64,000 nt of DNA. Origin: Octopus sinensis (Eukaryota). The stretch is taken from NCBI RefSeq assembly GCF_006345805.1, contig NC_042998.1, positions 132,866,001 through 132,930,000 on the forward strand. The letters run 5' to 3'. Made by a program: the position numbers and the translations under genes. The notes under the pieces were generated by a model. The model did no database searches, was not told the origin of the DNA, and was given only the letters and a program-made list of their open reading frames with translations. Positions 37,942-51,373 of this stretch are shown here, one piece after another (within the stretch, counting starts at the first letter, position 1; each line of letters starts with the position of its first letter).

Positions 37942-38400
37942 CGCGCAGATATAGCTGTGTGGTAAGAAGTCTGCTTCCCAATCATATGGTTCGACTTTCG
38001 GTCCCAATATATGGCACCTTGGATATGTGTCTTCTATTTCAGCCCCCGTGTCGACCGAAGTTTCATGAGTAGATTTAATAGACAGAACCTAAAAGAAGAT
38101 CGTTGTACGTATATATGTGTATATGTGTACATATTGTATATGTGTACATATTGTATATGTGTACATATTGTATATGTACGAGTGTGTCGTTGTGTTGTTT
38201 GTGCCTGTCCCACCTCCTCCACTGTTTGATCAAACCGGTGCTGGTTTGTTTACGTTTTTTATGTAACGTCGCTGTTCAATAAAAGGGCTAGTACCACATT
38301 TAAAAAATAAGTAAAGGGTCGATTTGTTCGGCAAAAACCATTCAAGGTGGTGCCCCAGAATGGCCGCAATTCAATGACTGAAACAAGTTAAAGATAAAAG
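37942..38400 (+). mobile_element. SINE family A, older full-length copy
   Basis: gcgcagatatagctgtgtggtaagaag...ggcaccttggatatgtgtcttct...ggtggtgccccagaatggccgcaattcaatgactgaaacaag. Confidence 0.85.
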
Positions 38401-39039
38401 AAACATACATTTCTCTCTCTCTTTCTGTTTCCCATTCTGTCTGTCTGTCTGTCTGTCTCTGTCTCTGTCTCTGTCTTTCTCTCTGTCTCTCTCTCTCCCT
38501 CGCTCGCTCTTTGTCTGTTTGTATCTGTCGAGCTATCCCCCACCTCTCCCTCTCTCTTTCTCTCTCTTCTGTCTTTGTATCTGTATAAGTGGGGCTTCCT
38601 GCACGAATGCAATATATGCAATGTACTCCTGACGTATATAAGCGAATACAAATAACTAATCAGATTTTAATAGAAGTTTTCTCTTTTTATGAGATTCTCA
38701 CTTCAATTATTTGACTTTAATATTTTAAGTTAATCGTATATGTGTTAGAAGTGTATGTCGTCATATTTTTTCTGCGCCATATTTCAATAGCATTTTATCT
38801 ATATGGATTCACCAAAATATATATTAATTTTTTGGTTTTTGGCACGAACACATATTTGCAGTAAAATATGTGGGAATAGCTATGTGATTAAGAAACTCTC
38901 TTTGCAACCATGCTGTTCTAGGTTCCGTCCCACGGCACGGCACACAGCACATGTGTCTTTCACTATAGTCCCGAGCCGTTCAATGTTTTGTGAGCTAAAA
39001 TGCAGAAACTGTATGGAAGCCCGTCGTACGTATATATAT

Positions 39040-39960
39040 ATATATTAAATACAGTGTACATTTAAACACATTAAGAGGTTTCCATCATAGGAATCTTTTA
39101 CGCTAGAAAGAACAGCTAAAGTCCAAACCACTAATTAGGGATAAATTCTCGAAGGGAATGAAAATTAAAAACATTACCATCTCTTTCCTGGACCATGGTT
39201 TCTGACTTATTTTAGTAAATAAAATGGTTTACCAGGCGAAGTCTTCATCAACATGGACGCCAAAGATTAAATATATAAACAACGAGGCCAATCCAGCATG
39301 TGCCTCATTGCTTATACATTAAAATTTTTTTTTTTTTTTTGCAAATCCATTGCGCAAGCGCAGTCTTTTTTGTTGACAGCAGAAAAGATGCCGGCAAATT
39401 CTTCGAACGAATCTACCAGAAATCATTATACATAATTAATGATACCAGGGTAATAAAGATTTTAGAAATTTTTACTTCCAGTGGCCTAGCGTATAGAAAA
39501 AATTGTCAATAAACTATATATTATTCATATAAAATACAGTGTACATTTAAACACATTAAGAGGTTTCCATCATAAGAATCCTTTACGCTAGAAAGAACAG
39601 CTAAAGTCCAAACCACTAATTAGGGATAAATTCTCGAAGAGAATAAAAACTAAAAACATTTACCATCTCTTTCTTGGACCATGGTTTCTTAGTTATTTTA
39701 GTAAATAAAATAAATGTTTTTAAATGTTTTTATTTTTCATTCCCTTCGAGAATTTATCCCTAATTAGTGGTTTGGACTTTAGCTGTTCTTTCTAGCGTAA
39801 AGGATTCTTATGATGGAAACCTCTTAATGTGTTTAAATGTACACTGTATTTTATATGAATAATATATAGTCTATTGACAATTTTTTTCTATACGCTACGC
39901 CACTGGAAGTAAAAATTTCTAAAATCTTTATTACCCTGATATCATTAATTATGTATATAT
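39040..39960. mobile_element. Array of three copies of one repeat (direct + inverted), probable Penelope-like pseudo-LTRs
   Basis: Copy A 39046-39225 and copy B from 39427 are direct. Copy C 39721-39957 is the reverse complement of 39427-39663 (about 237-nt arms, few mismatches). Outer ends abut (TA)n. Confidence 0.85.
39185..39257 (-). ncRNA. Degenerate type I hammerhead-ribozyme-like motif with long stem II
   Basis: Minus strand: tccatg-TTGATGA-a-GACTT(30 nt)AAGTC-a-GAA-ACCATGGT-C-caggaa. Palindromic stem III and a GUC site, but C3 is U and stem I is imperfect. Confidence 0.5.
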
Positions 39961-39975
39961 ATATATTATATATAT

Positions 39976-40031
<56 letters not shown>

Positions 40032-40309
40032 TATCTGTATGTATGTATGTTGTATGTATGTATGTATGTATGTATGTATGTATGTATGTATGTATGTGTG
40101 TCTGTATGTGTGTCTGTATGTATATATATATGTATTATATCGTTTAACGTACAAGGTGCGTAGATATGAGCAACCAATAGTTTCATGCATTAGACAGGCT
40201 TTTATAACACACGTAATGTCTCCAAGTAGTCTTCAAAGTGTGTATGTATGTGTGTGCGTGTGTGTGTGTGTGTATTCTTGTATCTGTGCTTGTCCTCCCC
40301 AACTGTCAC

Positions 40310-40339
40310 AGCTTGACAACCTGTGTTGGTTTCTTTACA

Positions 40340-40422
<83 letters not shown>

Positions 40423-40575
40423 TATATATATATATATACATACGACAGGCTTCTTTCAGTTTCCGTCTACCAAATCCTCTCACAAAGCTTTAGTCGGCCC
40501 TAAGCTATAGTAGAAGATACTTGCCCAAGGTGCCACGCAGTGTGACTGAACCCAGACCAATGTGGTTGGGAAGCT
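40310..40575 (-). mobile_element. SINE family A, 5' two-thirds
   Basis: tacgacaggcttctttcagtttccgtctacc...cttgcccaaggtgccacgcagtgtgactgaaccc is the reverse complement of the family A head. Confidence 0.85.
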
Positions 40576-41373
40576 GTCTCAGCTGTCTCAGTCTAGAATA
40601 ACAAAATTTGATTGGTCATCTTTTTAAGCATATGGTAATGATATACTAAAATTACAATAATTTAGAACAGTTATAACTACATTTCTTAAAAAAGTTTCAA
40701 AACTTCTGAAATGTACCTCGTGTGTATACGAAGGTAGGACTATAACCGTTTTCCGTCATCAGATGCACAAACGACCTGCTAAGGTTTTGAATCGCTTCTC
40801 AAACCGGTCGTACGTTTTTGCACCTGATGTATGAAATACGTCATTATGACGCATGACGTATTTCAGTCAGTATGCATCTCAGAATACTGATTTTTTTTAT
40901 TTGTTTCCATGTTATGTATTCAGCGTAAAGAGAACATTTAAATCATGCACTTGAAATACACACGTGGGTGCACAAACGCATGCGGAGGTGCACTTTCAGA
41001 CACGTACAACCACATTCACTCACATATACCACATTCTTTTAGATATTATGTATAATTAGATTTATTGCTTGTTCTTTTGGCGTATCTCTGACCAGCCGAC
41101 ATTTATCAAAAAAAGAAAAAAGAAAAAAAGCATTCCAGTCACGATAGTTTTGTCATTTTCCAGGAGTATATAAGACTATATTAAGTCTTAGTTTAGACTG
41201 TCGGGTATAATTTGACGAGGGTTTGGATCTTATTTCAGGAAGGTTAAGCAATCACGTAGAAGTTTATCAAACACTTGCAACAGTTTGTTATTTTGTATGC
41301 CCATATCTTAGTACTTTTTATTTATCATTAAGCTTGCTGTCTATTTACGACATCTGTGACTGAAAAGATACTG

Positions 41374-41416
<43 letters not shown>

Positions 41417-41464
41417 TGGCAGCGAGATCCTACATATCGCGGCTGGTTTGCGGTCACCGAACAC

Positions 41465-41510
41465 TTGCTACTGAGGAAGTCCAGTAGATTGAAATCACGT
41501 GATCTAACAG
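41465..41510 (+). ncRNA. Type I minimal hammerhead ribozyme, tandem copy 1
   Basis: ttgcta-CTGAGGA-AGTC(cagta)GATT-GAA-ATCACGTGAT-C-taacag. Full CUGANGA/GAAA core, palindromic stem III, AUC site after 41504, one C.A mismatch in stem I. Confidence 0.75.
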
Positions 41511-41559
41511 TTTCAGTGCACCTAACAGATGATTTTCATCTTCTACGAACACTGGATAC

Positions 41560-41605
41560 CTGCTACTGAGGAGGTCCAATAGACTGAAATCACGTGACCT
41601 GGCAG
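41560..41605 (+). ncRNA. Type I minimal hammerhead ribozyme, tandem copy 2
   Basis: ctgcta-CTGAGGA-GGTC(caata)GACT-GAA-ATCACGTGAC-C-tggcag. Core intact and stem I fully paired, but U16.1 is C. Lies 95 nt from copy 1. Confidence 0.7.
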
Positions 41606-43059
41606 TTTCATCACCTATTACAGATGTTTCTCGACTTCTAGGAAAATATCTGTGTTTTATGTACCATGCATCTATATAAGAGACCATATCAAGGAAAATA
41701 CTGCAATATTCGACGTTCTAATGAGGCATACACGTTAAGCTAGATATAAAGGTTGTCTTTAGGTACTAATACTGCATCCGTCGTTAATTATTAGTATTCG
41801 ATAAAATATTTTCTCCGTGTGAGCTTAGAGAAAGAAGTACTACCCTCCAGCAAATTTTATGAAAGATAAGTGAGCGTGGCAAATATTCTGAAATAGAACG
41901 TTGAAGCATAAGATACAAGTCAGAAATTTTTTTTCTCAAATTTCTGTCTGTTGAACTAATTTTCAACGAATGATGTTGAATAACTCGTAGAGTATTAAAT
42001 GGTCGGCCACGGTAGCTGCTCATTTATTTTATGTACCGCTTTTCCTAGTATCGAGGATGCATTTATATTCCTAAAATATGTCATGAAAAATTATTGTGTC
42101 ATTTTACAAGATTCAGTTTATTACTTTTACATAAGTTAATTCTAACCCCTAAAGGAAGGCTGTATTTTAAATCTAAAGGAAAAAATTTTAACAATAAATG
42201 ATCCACAGGGTATATATGTCAATGGTACACAAAAATCATGTTTATCTGTCATTTAAAATTTTATGTCAAAATTGGTTTAAGTCTTTTAGACTGGACATCC
42301 GAAATGCCGAAAAGCATGTTATTTACAGAACATGAGTTTCACTTACCGAATAGAAAAAGAAAATCTTTCAAAGCATGATTTTATGATGAGGGACAAATTC
42401 AACATTACTTAACATTATTTGTGTTATCAATTTATGGACTGATTATTTTTGGATTAAACTCAGATCCTGGTAGAATATATTTTAGATTCATCAAAGTAGT
42501 ATGTCCAACATGGGACTAGATAAATGTGAAGAACTGCATATCCATGGTCACATACAGACATATGCATACATACACATACGTATGTGTATGTATGTGCATG
42601 TGCGTGCATGTATGTGCTTGTATGTATGTATGTATGTATGCATGTATGTATGTATGTATGTATGTATGTATGTATGTATGTACGTCGCGCGCGCGTGTGT
42701 GTATAAAGAAAATTTGAGGCATTTTTCTCAGAATTCGACTATAGTTGTTTAAATTCTCAGGTCAATTCTATCCATGCATAACTGCCACTATTATTTCATT
42801 TCTTTCTTCTTTTTTCTTTCAAACATTTTCAAAGACTATAGTTTGTGATATTAGGGAAATTTAGCTTCTATTTTTACCATCTCGGGTGGCTCGCTTTCTC
42901 CCACATTTGGTTATATACTTCCATGACAAAGTCCTGAAGAAACCTAATTGGGATTATACATCAATGACATCCACAACAGCTACAAAAGCAGCAGCAAGGA
43001 CAACAGCAGATGTAAAATTGTAACAATAGCCACGACAAATAACGATTATTCCTGTTGTT

Positions 43060-43260
43060 TAGGCCCTGGTCTGACCTGATAGAGCATATCTATGATGAAA
43101 ACCATTCCGTTTATCACCATCTTGCATTTTTATAACTGCGAAGAACTCAGAATCATATTATCCAAATATGTCCTAAGTTTCTCTTCTTGAGACGTGAAAG
43201 ATGTTTTGTAGATGTGACAGCTATTTTTAGCTGGTTGAACGACTGCATGGAGGCTCTCTG
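43060..43260 (+). mobile_element. Dispersed repeat family D
   Basis: tttaggccctggtctgacctgatagagcatatctatgatg... is related to 14050-14300. Confidence 0.45.
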
Positions 43261-43607
43261 GAAGATTCAGGCATCAGAGGTAGCAACACAGATTTTAATG
43301 CCAACAACAACACGAACATCAAGGTAAACAACAACGAAAGCAATGACACTAACCACAGTACTAGTAACATCAACAATTGTAATTAGTACCAAACGGTAAA
43401 ATAAAATGCAAAAAACAAGGCAAAATTATTAACTGTCGGACCATTAACTACAGGAAGCAACAGCGGTTGGAATGAAGACAACAACTACAACAAGAGTAGC
43501 AACACCATCAACAATTGTAACATCACTGTTGCGACAGAATTAAATATAATCAGAGGTAGCAAGAGCATATATAGTTTTACCAACTTCCTCATTATGGTCG
43601 TGATGGC

Positions 43608-43645
<38 letters not shown>

Positions 43646-43695
43646 CCCCCACCATCATCATCGTAAACACCATCATGATCGTCCTCCTCCTTCCC

Positions 43696-43727
<32 letters not shown>

Positions 43728-44807
43728 TAACAACAACATCTTGTAATAAACATAAGCAAAATCATTAATAGAAAAGGAAGCAATAATTTAACTATGAACA
43801 ACAAAGTCAATAAAATAAGCCACAACTACAAAGAATAACAGAAGCATCACTATCATCCAGAGAAACAGCAACAGGCATAATAAAACAACATTAGGAACAA
43901 GAACAACGAATAATGACGTTTGAAACCACAACAGCAATGTTAATAATTGCTTCTAAAATGGCGTCGAGCGAGCTGTCATTGATTCAGTCACAACCGGATG
44001 TATTAGTCACTCCGAGACAACCGTCATTGATTTAACTTTTTTTCTGGCTTTATTCCAAATAAATAAACAAATAGATAATATATCTGTAAATGATTTACAG
44101 ATTTAAAAGTAAAACACAAGCAGAGGATCAGAATTGAAACAGAAAAGACGCCATTCATTGTGTTCCAAAACTTGACGTTTTTAAGTTTTTTTTAAATGTT
44201 TCTTTTACTTGTTAAATGTAAGGTCAAGATTTTCAAATTTGCTGAAACAACCGAGCCAAGGTTGACTCAAACAAGCAGACAATCGCATTTTGCCTTTGAG
44301 TCTACAATATCCGGCTTACTTGGTGTTATCTTAAATAACCTAGACTACGACTCAGCGGTTCGATTCTGAGTCGTAGCTATTTTACTTAATTCGTTTAACA
44401 GTATTGGAAAAAACACGATTGTTATAACTTCCTTTCCACTTCATCTGAATTCAATAGGGGTGGTGACGATGCGTCAGAGAAATACCCCTGAGCACAATTC
44501 GAGTGACGCATTTGGTTCAACCGCCATAATACATAGGCTGAATAAATATTTAAGATAGAAATGCAAAAAACGCGAGGTTAATAAAGTGGAAAAACAAATC
44601 CATGCATCTCTGACGTTGCTCATACATATTCAATCGATTGAAAGGAGAAAGTCAATATTAAATTGATGAAAGACAAAGTCAACTTTACCATAATTACGAG
44701 CGTAGTATGAAGAATACTATAATGGTAAACGAATAACTGTTTACAGCTTGTGTTATAGTGTTATAGCCCCAGCAAGACCAGAGCCCACAGGTAAAAAAAG
44801 TACGTAT

Positions 44808-44876
<69 letters not shown>

Positions 44877-45064
44877 AAGATATGCGTGTGTATGTATGTA
44901 TGTGCGCGCGCGCGTGTGTGTGTGTGTACATGATACGAAAAGAGATTTTTGACAGAAATACAAAAATAACTGGTGCATGAAGTATAATATTGACTGAATT
45001 AATCCCGAACGAGTACATCTAAAAATTGAACAATTTTGATTGAAAATAGAATGACGAAGAAGAA

Positions 45065-45107
<43 letters not shown>

Positions 45108-45465
45108 GGAGAGCGATAACTAAATATTATCAAGGTTTACGGTTTTCTATAAACTAATCACTGACATGTATACAAACATATAGATATATATGTGTATCAT
45201 GTTGTTACATTGTGTGTGCGTGAGTGTGTGTAATCACAGTTTCCATGGGGTATATGGAATAAGCAGACAGTTGCTAAATAGACCACAGAATGTGTGACGA
45301 AAGAACTTTGACAAAGAAGCTAAAATGATAATAAAGCTGAAGTGAAGACCAAATAAATAGTGTGTCTTTAATTAGCAAAACATGACCATCCCCAAGAAAA
45401 CAACACACACACACACATATATATATATATAAATATATATAAATGTACATACATACATACATACA

Positions 45466-45498
<33 letters not shown>

Positions 45499-45923
45499 GT
45501 TTCACAGTTGAAACACTCCTGTCACAACCTGGGACCCTAAAGACTGCTTTAATGCAAGAAAGTATATTAATCTCTTAATATTTGATATTCAATATTTCAT
45601 CTATTCAATAAGACAATCAATACTTCATTTCATTTTACTATATATACTATTTATACTATTTATACTATATATTCTATATTCTACATTAATATTATAAAGA
45701 ATATAATATTAATATATAAAAGTGCAAGGGTTTGTGTAGCCTTTGTGGTGTTAATAATTAGTAAACATAGATGTATTAAAATACAGTGATAGTCTTTGAC
45801 AATGATAAGAAAGTGTTAAGAGAGGATTGAATAGTTTACTTAAAACTGTTCAAAATAGGCAGTAAAATAAGTTCATAATTGTTTATAAGTTAATCAAAAA
45901 TCCTAATTATATATATATATATC

Positions 45924-45955
<32 letters not shown>

Positions 45956-46214
45956 CGTGTGTGTGTATACACATACATACATATACATATATATATACAT
46001 GCATGCACACACACATACACACACATATATATATCATCGTATATGCACAGAATAACTGCAGAGTTTACTCTGGTGGTGAAAGTTTCATGCATAGCAATTA
46101 ACAAAGCTTCTAAAGTGTCATGCACGAAACTCCTATTACTGCCAATTGATATGTGGATGTTCATGCATCAAAATACATTCGCACACGCAAGTGCGCGCAA
46201 ATATAGCTATAATC

Positions 46215-46330
46215 TAGCAGTTAGAGCTTTGGGGTCACGATCGTCAGGTCGTAGGTTCGAATTCTGGACGAAGCGGTGCGTTGTGCCCTTGTGCAAGTTA
46301 CTTCATTTCACGTTACTACTGTCTGATCAG
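46215..46330 (+). mobile_element. tRNA-derived CORE-type SINE, family C (fragment)
   Basis: gcagttagagc A-box remnant, ggttcgaattc B box, ttgtgcccttgtgcaagttacttcatttcacgtt CORE-like segment. Confidence 0.7.
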
Positions 46331-47462
46331 GTGAAAATTTTCATCATCCGATTCTTGGTGCATCTTTTTTAAACTTCCCTGCTGTCACATGGAGATGTTC
46401 TACTGGACCAAAGGTAAGAGAAACGAGGATGCGTGTACGTTTGCACAAAATTCACCTGCAGACGTCCCATGATATTGTAAGCTTCAGTTTGTAGTTGCGA
46501 AAAATGACGAAAGAAATTTACGCAATTTTATCCATTTTAAGCAGTTGGTTATCTACGAGTTGTTCATCATCTTGTAAAGTCTTTGTTTCTTATAACTACA
46601 CTCTGCTTTGTCCATGATATTCACTCCAGCTTAACAATGTATAGACTATGACGTTTTTTTTTTTTAACCTTGAAATATAATTCTTTGTTGAATCTCATTG
46701 ACTGATATCTGAACTGAAAAAGCCCAAGGACCAAAACGCATATGCAGGTGGTGAATTGTTGAAATGGAACACTTAATTATCCATTAGTTTTATAATAGTA
46801 AGTAATAACAAAGAAAAGAAGGGAGGAGCGTATATAGTGGATTAAGGAAGAGAATAAAGCATTTACCACACCTTTTCTATTCTGCTTTCTTACGATATGT
46901 GGTTAAAATATATTCTCATTCTTTTCGATGAGTGTCTTTGTGTTTGCGTGTGTATTTGCTTGTAGAAAGTCCCCAGCTATCAATTTTGTATATCATGAAG
47001 ATAATCTCGCCCTTTTCATTTGGCTAGAAATAACAGACAGTTTCCCTCTATCTGCTATCTACAACAAAAGAGAATGTGTGATAGACTGGTTCTCGAGACT
47101 ACTTTCTCTCTAGACGTTATCAACTATTTTATATACCACTTGAAGAGGCAACTCAGTGCGGTGTGCGAAATGCTGCTCTTACGCCCCAGTAAAATTTGCT
47201 GAAATGTCCGAGAGAATAACAATCATGACCAATATGAATGGGCATCCTTTGACCAAGTAGGTTGAGGACACAATTTAGACAGGCAATTCATAATTTGTGT
47301 GTTTCCCTATTGGCAGTATTTTTCTGTTGCCCTACTGGGGCATTTTCATTTTTTATAAGTGTAAGTTATTCTTCTAAGGCCTATTTTTCACATTCGTTTG
47401 CAAAATCCCTCACCGTTTCTTTTCTGCAATTTTTCTTTGAGCTGCTCCTCCATCGATCAATT

Positions 47463-47553
47463 CTTCTTCTTCTTCTTCTTCTTCTTCTTCTTCTTCTTCT
47501 TCTTCTTCTTCTTCTTCTTCTTCTTCTTCTTCTTCTTCTTCTTCTTCTTCTTC
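47463..47553. repeat. (TTC)n microsatellite at the 3' tail of the adjacent SINE
   Basis: About 30 perfect TTC units directly abutting the family A tail. Confidence 0.95.
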
Positions 47554-47554
47554 T

Positions 47555-47960
47555 ATTACTTGTTTCAGTCATTTGATTACAGCCATGCTGGAGCACTGCT
47601 TTAAAGGTATTTTTAGTCGAAGAAATCGACCCGAAGACTTATTCTTTGTAAGTATGGTACTTATTCTATCGGTCATTTTTGCCGAACCGCTAAGTTATGA
47701 GTACGCAAACACACCAACATTGATTTTCAAGCGACGTGGGGAGCAAACACAGACACTGACACACATACACACATACACACATACACACACACATATATAC
47801 GACGGGCTTCTTTCAGTTTCTGTCTATTAAATCCACTCACAAGGTTTTGGTGGGCCCGAGGCTATAGAAGAAGACACTTACTCAAGATGCCATGCAGTGA
47901 AACTGAACCCAGAACTATGTGGTTGGAAAGCAAGCTTCTTGCCACAGCCACGCCTGCACC
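47555..47960 (-). mobile_element. SINE family A, full length
   Basis: tacttgtttcagtcatttgattacagccatgctggagcac tail through cacagccacgcctgcacc head. Confidence 0.9.
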
Positions 47961-47979
47961 TCTTGTAAATTGAAGAAAA

Positions 47980-48014
<35 letters not shown>

Positions 48015-48062
48015 GTAGTAGTAGTAGTAGTAGTAGTAGCAGCAGTAGTAGTAGTAGTTGGT

Positions 48063-48103
<41 letters not shown>

Positions 48104-49014
48104 TGGTGTTGTTGTTGTTGTTGTTGTGATGGTGGTGGCGACCACGATTGCAGACATGGTAGTAGTAAAAAAATATTTGGCGTAACAAAAAAGATTAAAT
48201 GGATTGAACTTTTACAGGAAGAACATCAAGGCCTTAGATAGACTACAGACTGGAACTACATTATTTGCCACAAGATTAAGGCTTAAGCATGTTGAATCCT
48301 TTAATTCTTCGTCCGCAATAAAAAATATTCAGGTTATTTCAACTAATATCAGATACATTCCGTCGCATTATTTAAAACAGTGTAAGAGGAAACACTTAAA
48401 TGGATAGACAGTAGTATTACGTTTTTGAGAAATTTAAGTATTAAATCGTTTTGTTCATAAAATATCTTGTAGTGTTTAATTGTGTATCAATGCCTGACGG
48501 TAAAATGTACTGGAAAATCTCGCATTCTCCGAAAATGTTGCCTTAGTTGTATTAGCATTGAGCTTGGTCAGTTAGGCGTGAGTTAACCAGGTAAAGAATC
48601 ATTTGTTACGATTCAGCATTAAAAATATATTTGGAATGAATGCCACACATTATTTCATTTTAACCCACTTCATCAGATTCCAAACCACGCAGAGATCGAT
48701 AGCATCTCACTTTTCATTTGTCTGCTGTCGATAAATTATGCAATATACCCAAAAACTGATTCCTCGAGAAAAGATCATCCAGGTTTGATCAATGCTGCAT
48801 TTGATCAGATATGTAGTAAGCAGCCAATTAAATAATTCTAATCACGAGAGAAGCTATGGTCTTGTTGCATGCACACAAGCACGCGCGTGGACACACACAC
48901 ACACACACACACTCACAAAAGACCCACTTTTGACTGATGTTGTAGTTTAAGTTAATCATAGCCGAAGAGAATAATATGAGGCATGCCGAATTCTTTAAGG
49001 GTTCACTTCATCTT

Positions 49015-49780
49015 TACATGGTACCGCATTCAATTTCACTGAGCAGAACTTTGGACAAGTGTTTTCTGCCATAATCTTGAATTGACCCACGATTTGTGAA
49101 AGATATTTGGTTGACGGAAACTGGAAATTTTATTTTGGGGTAATATACGTAATATCTGAAGACAATTTGGAGGCTCGCCATGCAATAATGTTTCATGTTA
49201 AAATGGGAATAAAGGCTAGAGAAACATATGAAATGCTCCAGAATGCTTATGGATCGATCTGAATGAGGCGAGCATCTATTTTTCGCTGGCAAAATAGGCC
49301 AAGCAAAGTAAATCCTCCGTGAATTCATGACGATCCACTTTTTCGACAGCAAGGTCCAGTCTGGCAAGATGGTACAAAGAGTACTTTGTGGATGTTTTGA
49401 GGGAGTTCAGGAAGAGTTTCCTACACTAAAGCCAGGACATTGCAACCGGCCAGTCCACAATTCCATTCTGGTAAGTGACTACTTGACAGAGATGGGCATC
49501 AAAGCTGTTCCTCATCCTCCCTGCAGTCCAGGTCTTGCTCCCTGTGACTTCTGGTTGTTCCTCAAGCTGAACGATAAGATGAAGAAGACTGCGACATAGA
49601 TCATGGACACCTTCACTTTGTAAGACTTCCATAGGGCCTTCATAAAATGGTTGGAGCGCTACAACAAATGCATTGAAGTCAGAGGATCATACTTTGAAGG
49701 AGATTACAGTTTTGTACTTCTTTAGAGTTAATAAATGTCTGCCCTAAAAAAAGTATCAAAACTTCTGGAATGCATCTTTT
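49015..49780 (+). mobile_element. Internally deleted mariner transposon
   Basis: N-terminal remnant near 49160-49300 (ETYEMLQNAYG) and HNSILVSDYLTEMGIKAVPHPPCSPGLAPCDFWLF (HPPYSPDLAP motif). Right end aaaaaagtatcaaaacttctggaatgcatct resembles 40690-40720. Left end uncertain. Confidence 0.85.
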
Positions 49781-50065
49781 ATTGCAACATAGCATCAGAT
49801 AAAAGACGTTCCGTCCATTAACAGATCATGAACAGCTATGCTGCCAGAAAGCTTCGCTTGACAACGATATAAATAACTGAATAGTGTAATAGCCGTCAAA
49901 TTAGATCCAACTTTGTTGGGTTCGCTTTCGTAATCTACAAACAAGAAATAACAGCAAAATACCTTGTGCAGAAAAGGAAAAGGATGCAGGTAAATCAGTC
50001 AGAGTTGACTATCGATATAGACTGAATGGAATTAAATTCGAATATGTAACCTACAATATATATAT

Positions 50066-50113
<48 letters not shown>

Positions 50114-50925
50114 ACGATAATATTCATATATGAGGCAAGATGTAGAGGCCAAAGCATCATACAATACGATCGGTAGAAAGGTGGTCCTGAAGGTCAAATA
50201 TTAGAAGTTACAATGATGTGGAATGCATACACATTAATAATATGAATGAAAGATATGAAATATTTCCTACAGAAAGACCAGACATACTAATCTGGGACGA
50301 ATTGAAGGTGTGTTATGTTGCAGAAATCAGCTAACCAGCAGAGGTTAAAATAATGTTAAGGATATAAGTAAAACAAAATATGTGAGGAACTAATAGGAAC
50401 TCTTAAAAGATACTTTACTCGGGTTACAACTTTATATCTATACCTGTAATTATTGACATGTTGCAGAGCTGACTGCCTAAGTATATTACTTTTATATGAC
50501 TGGGTTTCACAAAATCAGAAAAGACAGGTTTAATTAAGCAATTACACTTGCACACTGCTTACGAAACAGTGGAAATATGTACATTACAGACGTATAGCCT
50601 GTAGTATGCACATGCACAAACTTTTAGATATACAAACATATCTATATATACAGATAGATAATTGAAATCATACTTACCTACGTATGAAATGATATGCACG
50701 CATGCACATACTTGTGCAGATCCAAACATAGCTGCGATTTGTTATTCTTTCTAATGAAAGAGCTATGTCTCATGGCTGGAAACCGGCTCTTTTTCTATCT
50801 GTGAGTAAATTTTAAAAATAAAAGATACATAGATGCATGCATTCATACAAGTATACGTAATCGCACATATACATACATACATACATACATACATACATAC
50901 ATACATACATACATACATACATACA

Positions 50926-50956
<31 letters not shown>

Positions 50957-51278
50957 CTACCTACGTACTTACGTACATACGTACATACATACATACATAC
51001 ATACATACATACATACATACGTACGTACAGGCGCACATGCACCTACGTCCACAAACACACACCTACGCTCACACACATACACAGAGAAAAGTGTCCATTT
51101 ATATCTCTATTCGATCAGACAAAACCCCCCACTAAATCCCATATTACATATCAATAATTATAAACGCATCTGCAGTAAATGGGTGTATATATATGTACGT
51201 GTTTATTCTGAATATAGTTTTACGCAATTGTTTGTGTATATGTATGTATGTACGTCTATATATATATATATGTATATA

Positions 51279-51373
<95 letters not shown>

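Noticed and set aside
41458-41640. The 95-nt tandem as a CRISPR-like repeat-spacer array
   Set aside because: Eukaryotic context, only two units, homologous along their whole length with no unique spacers, and no cas genes.
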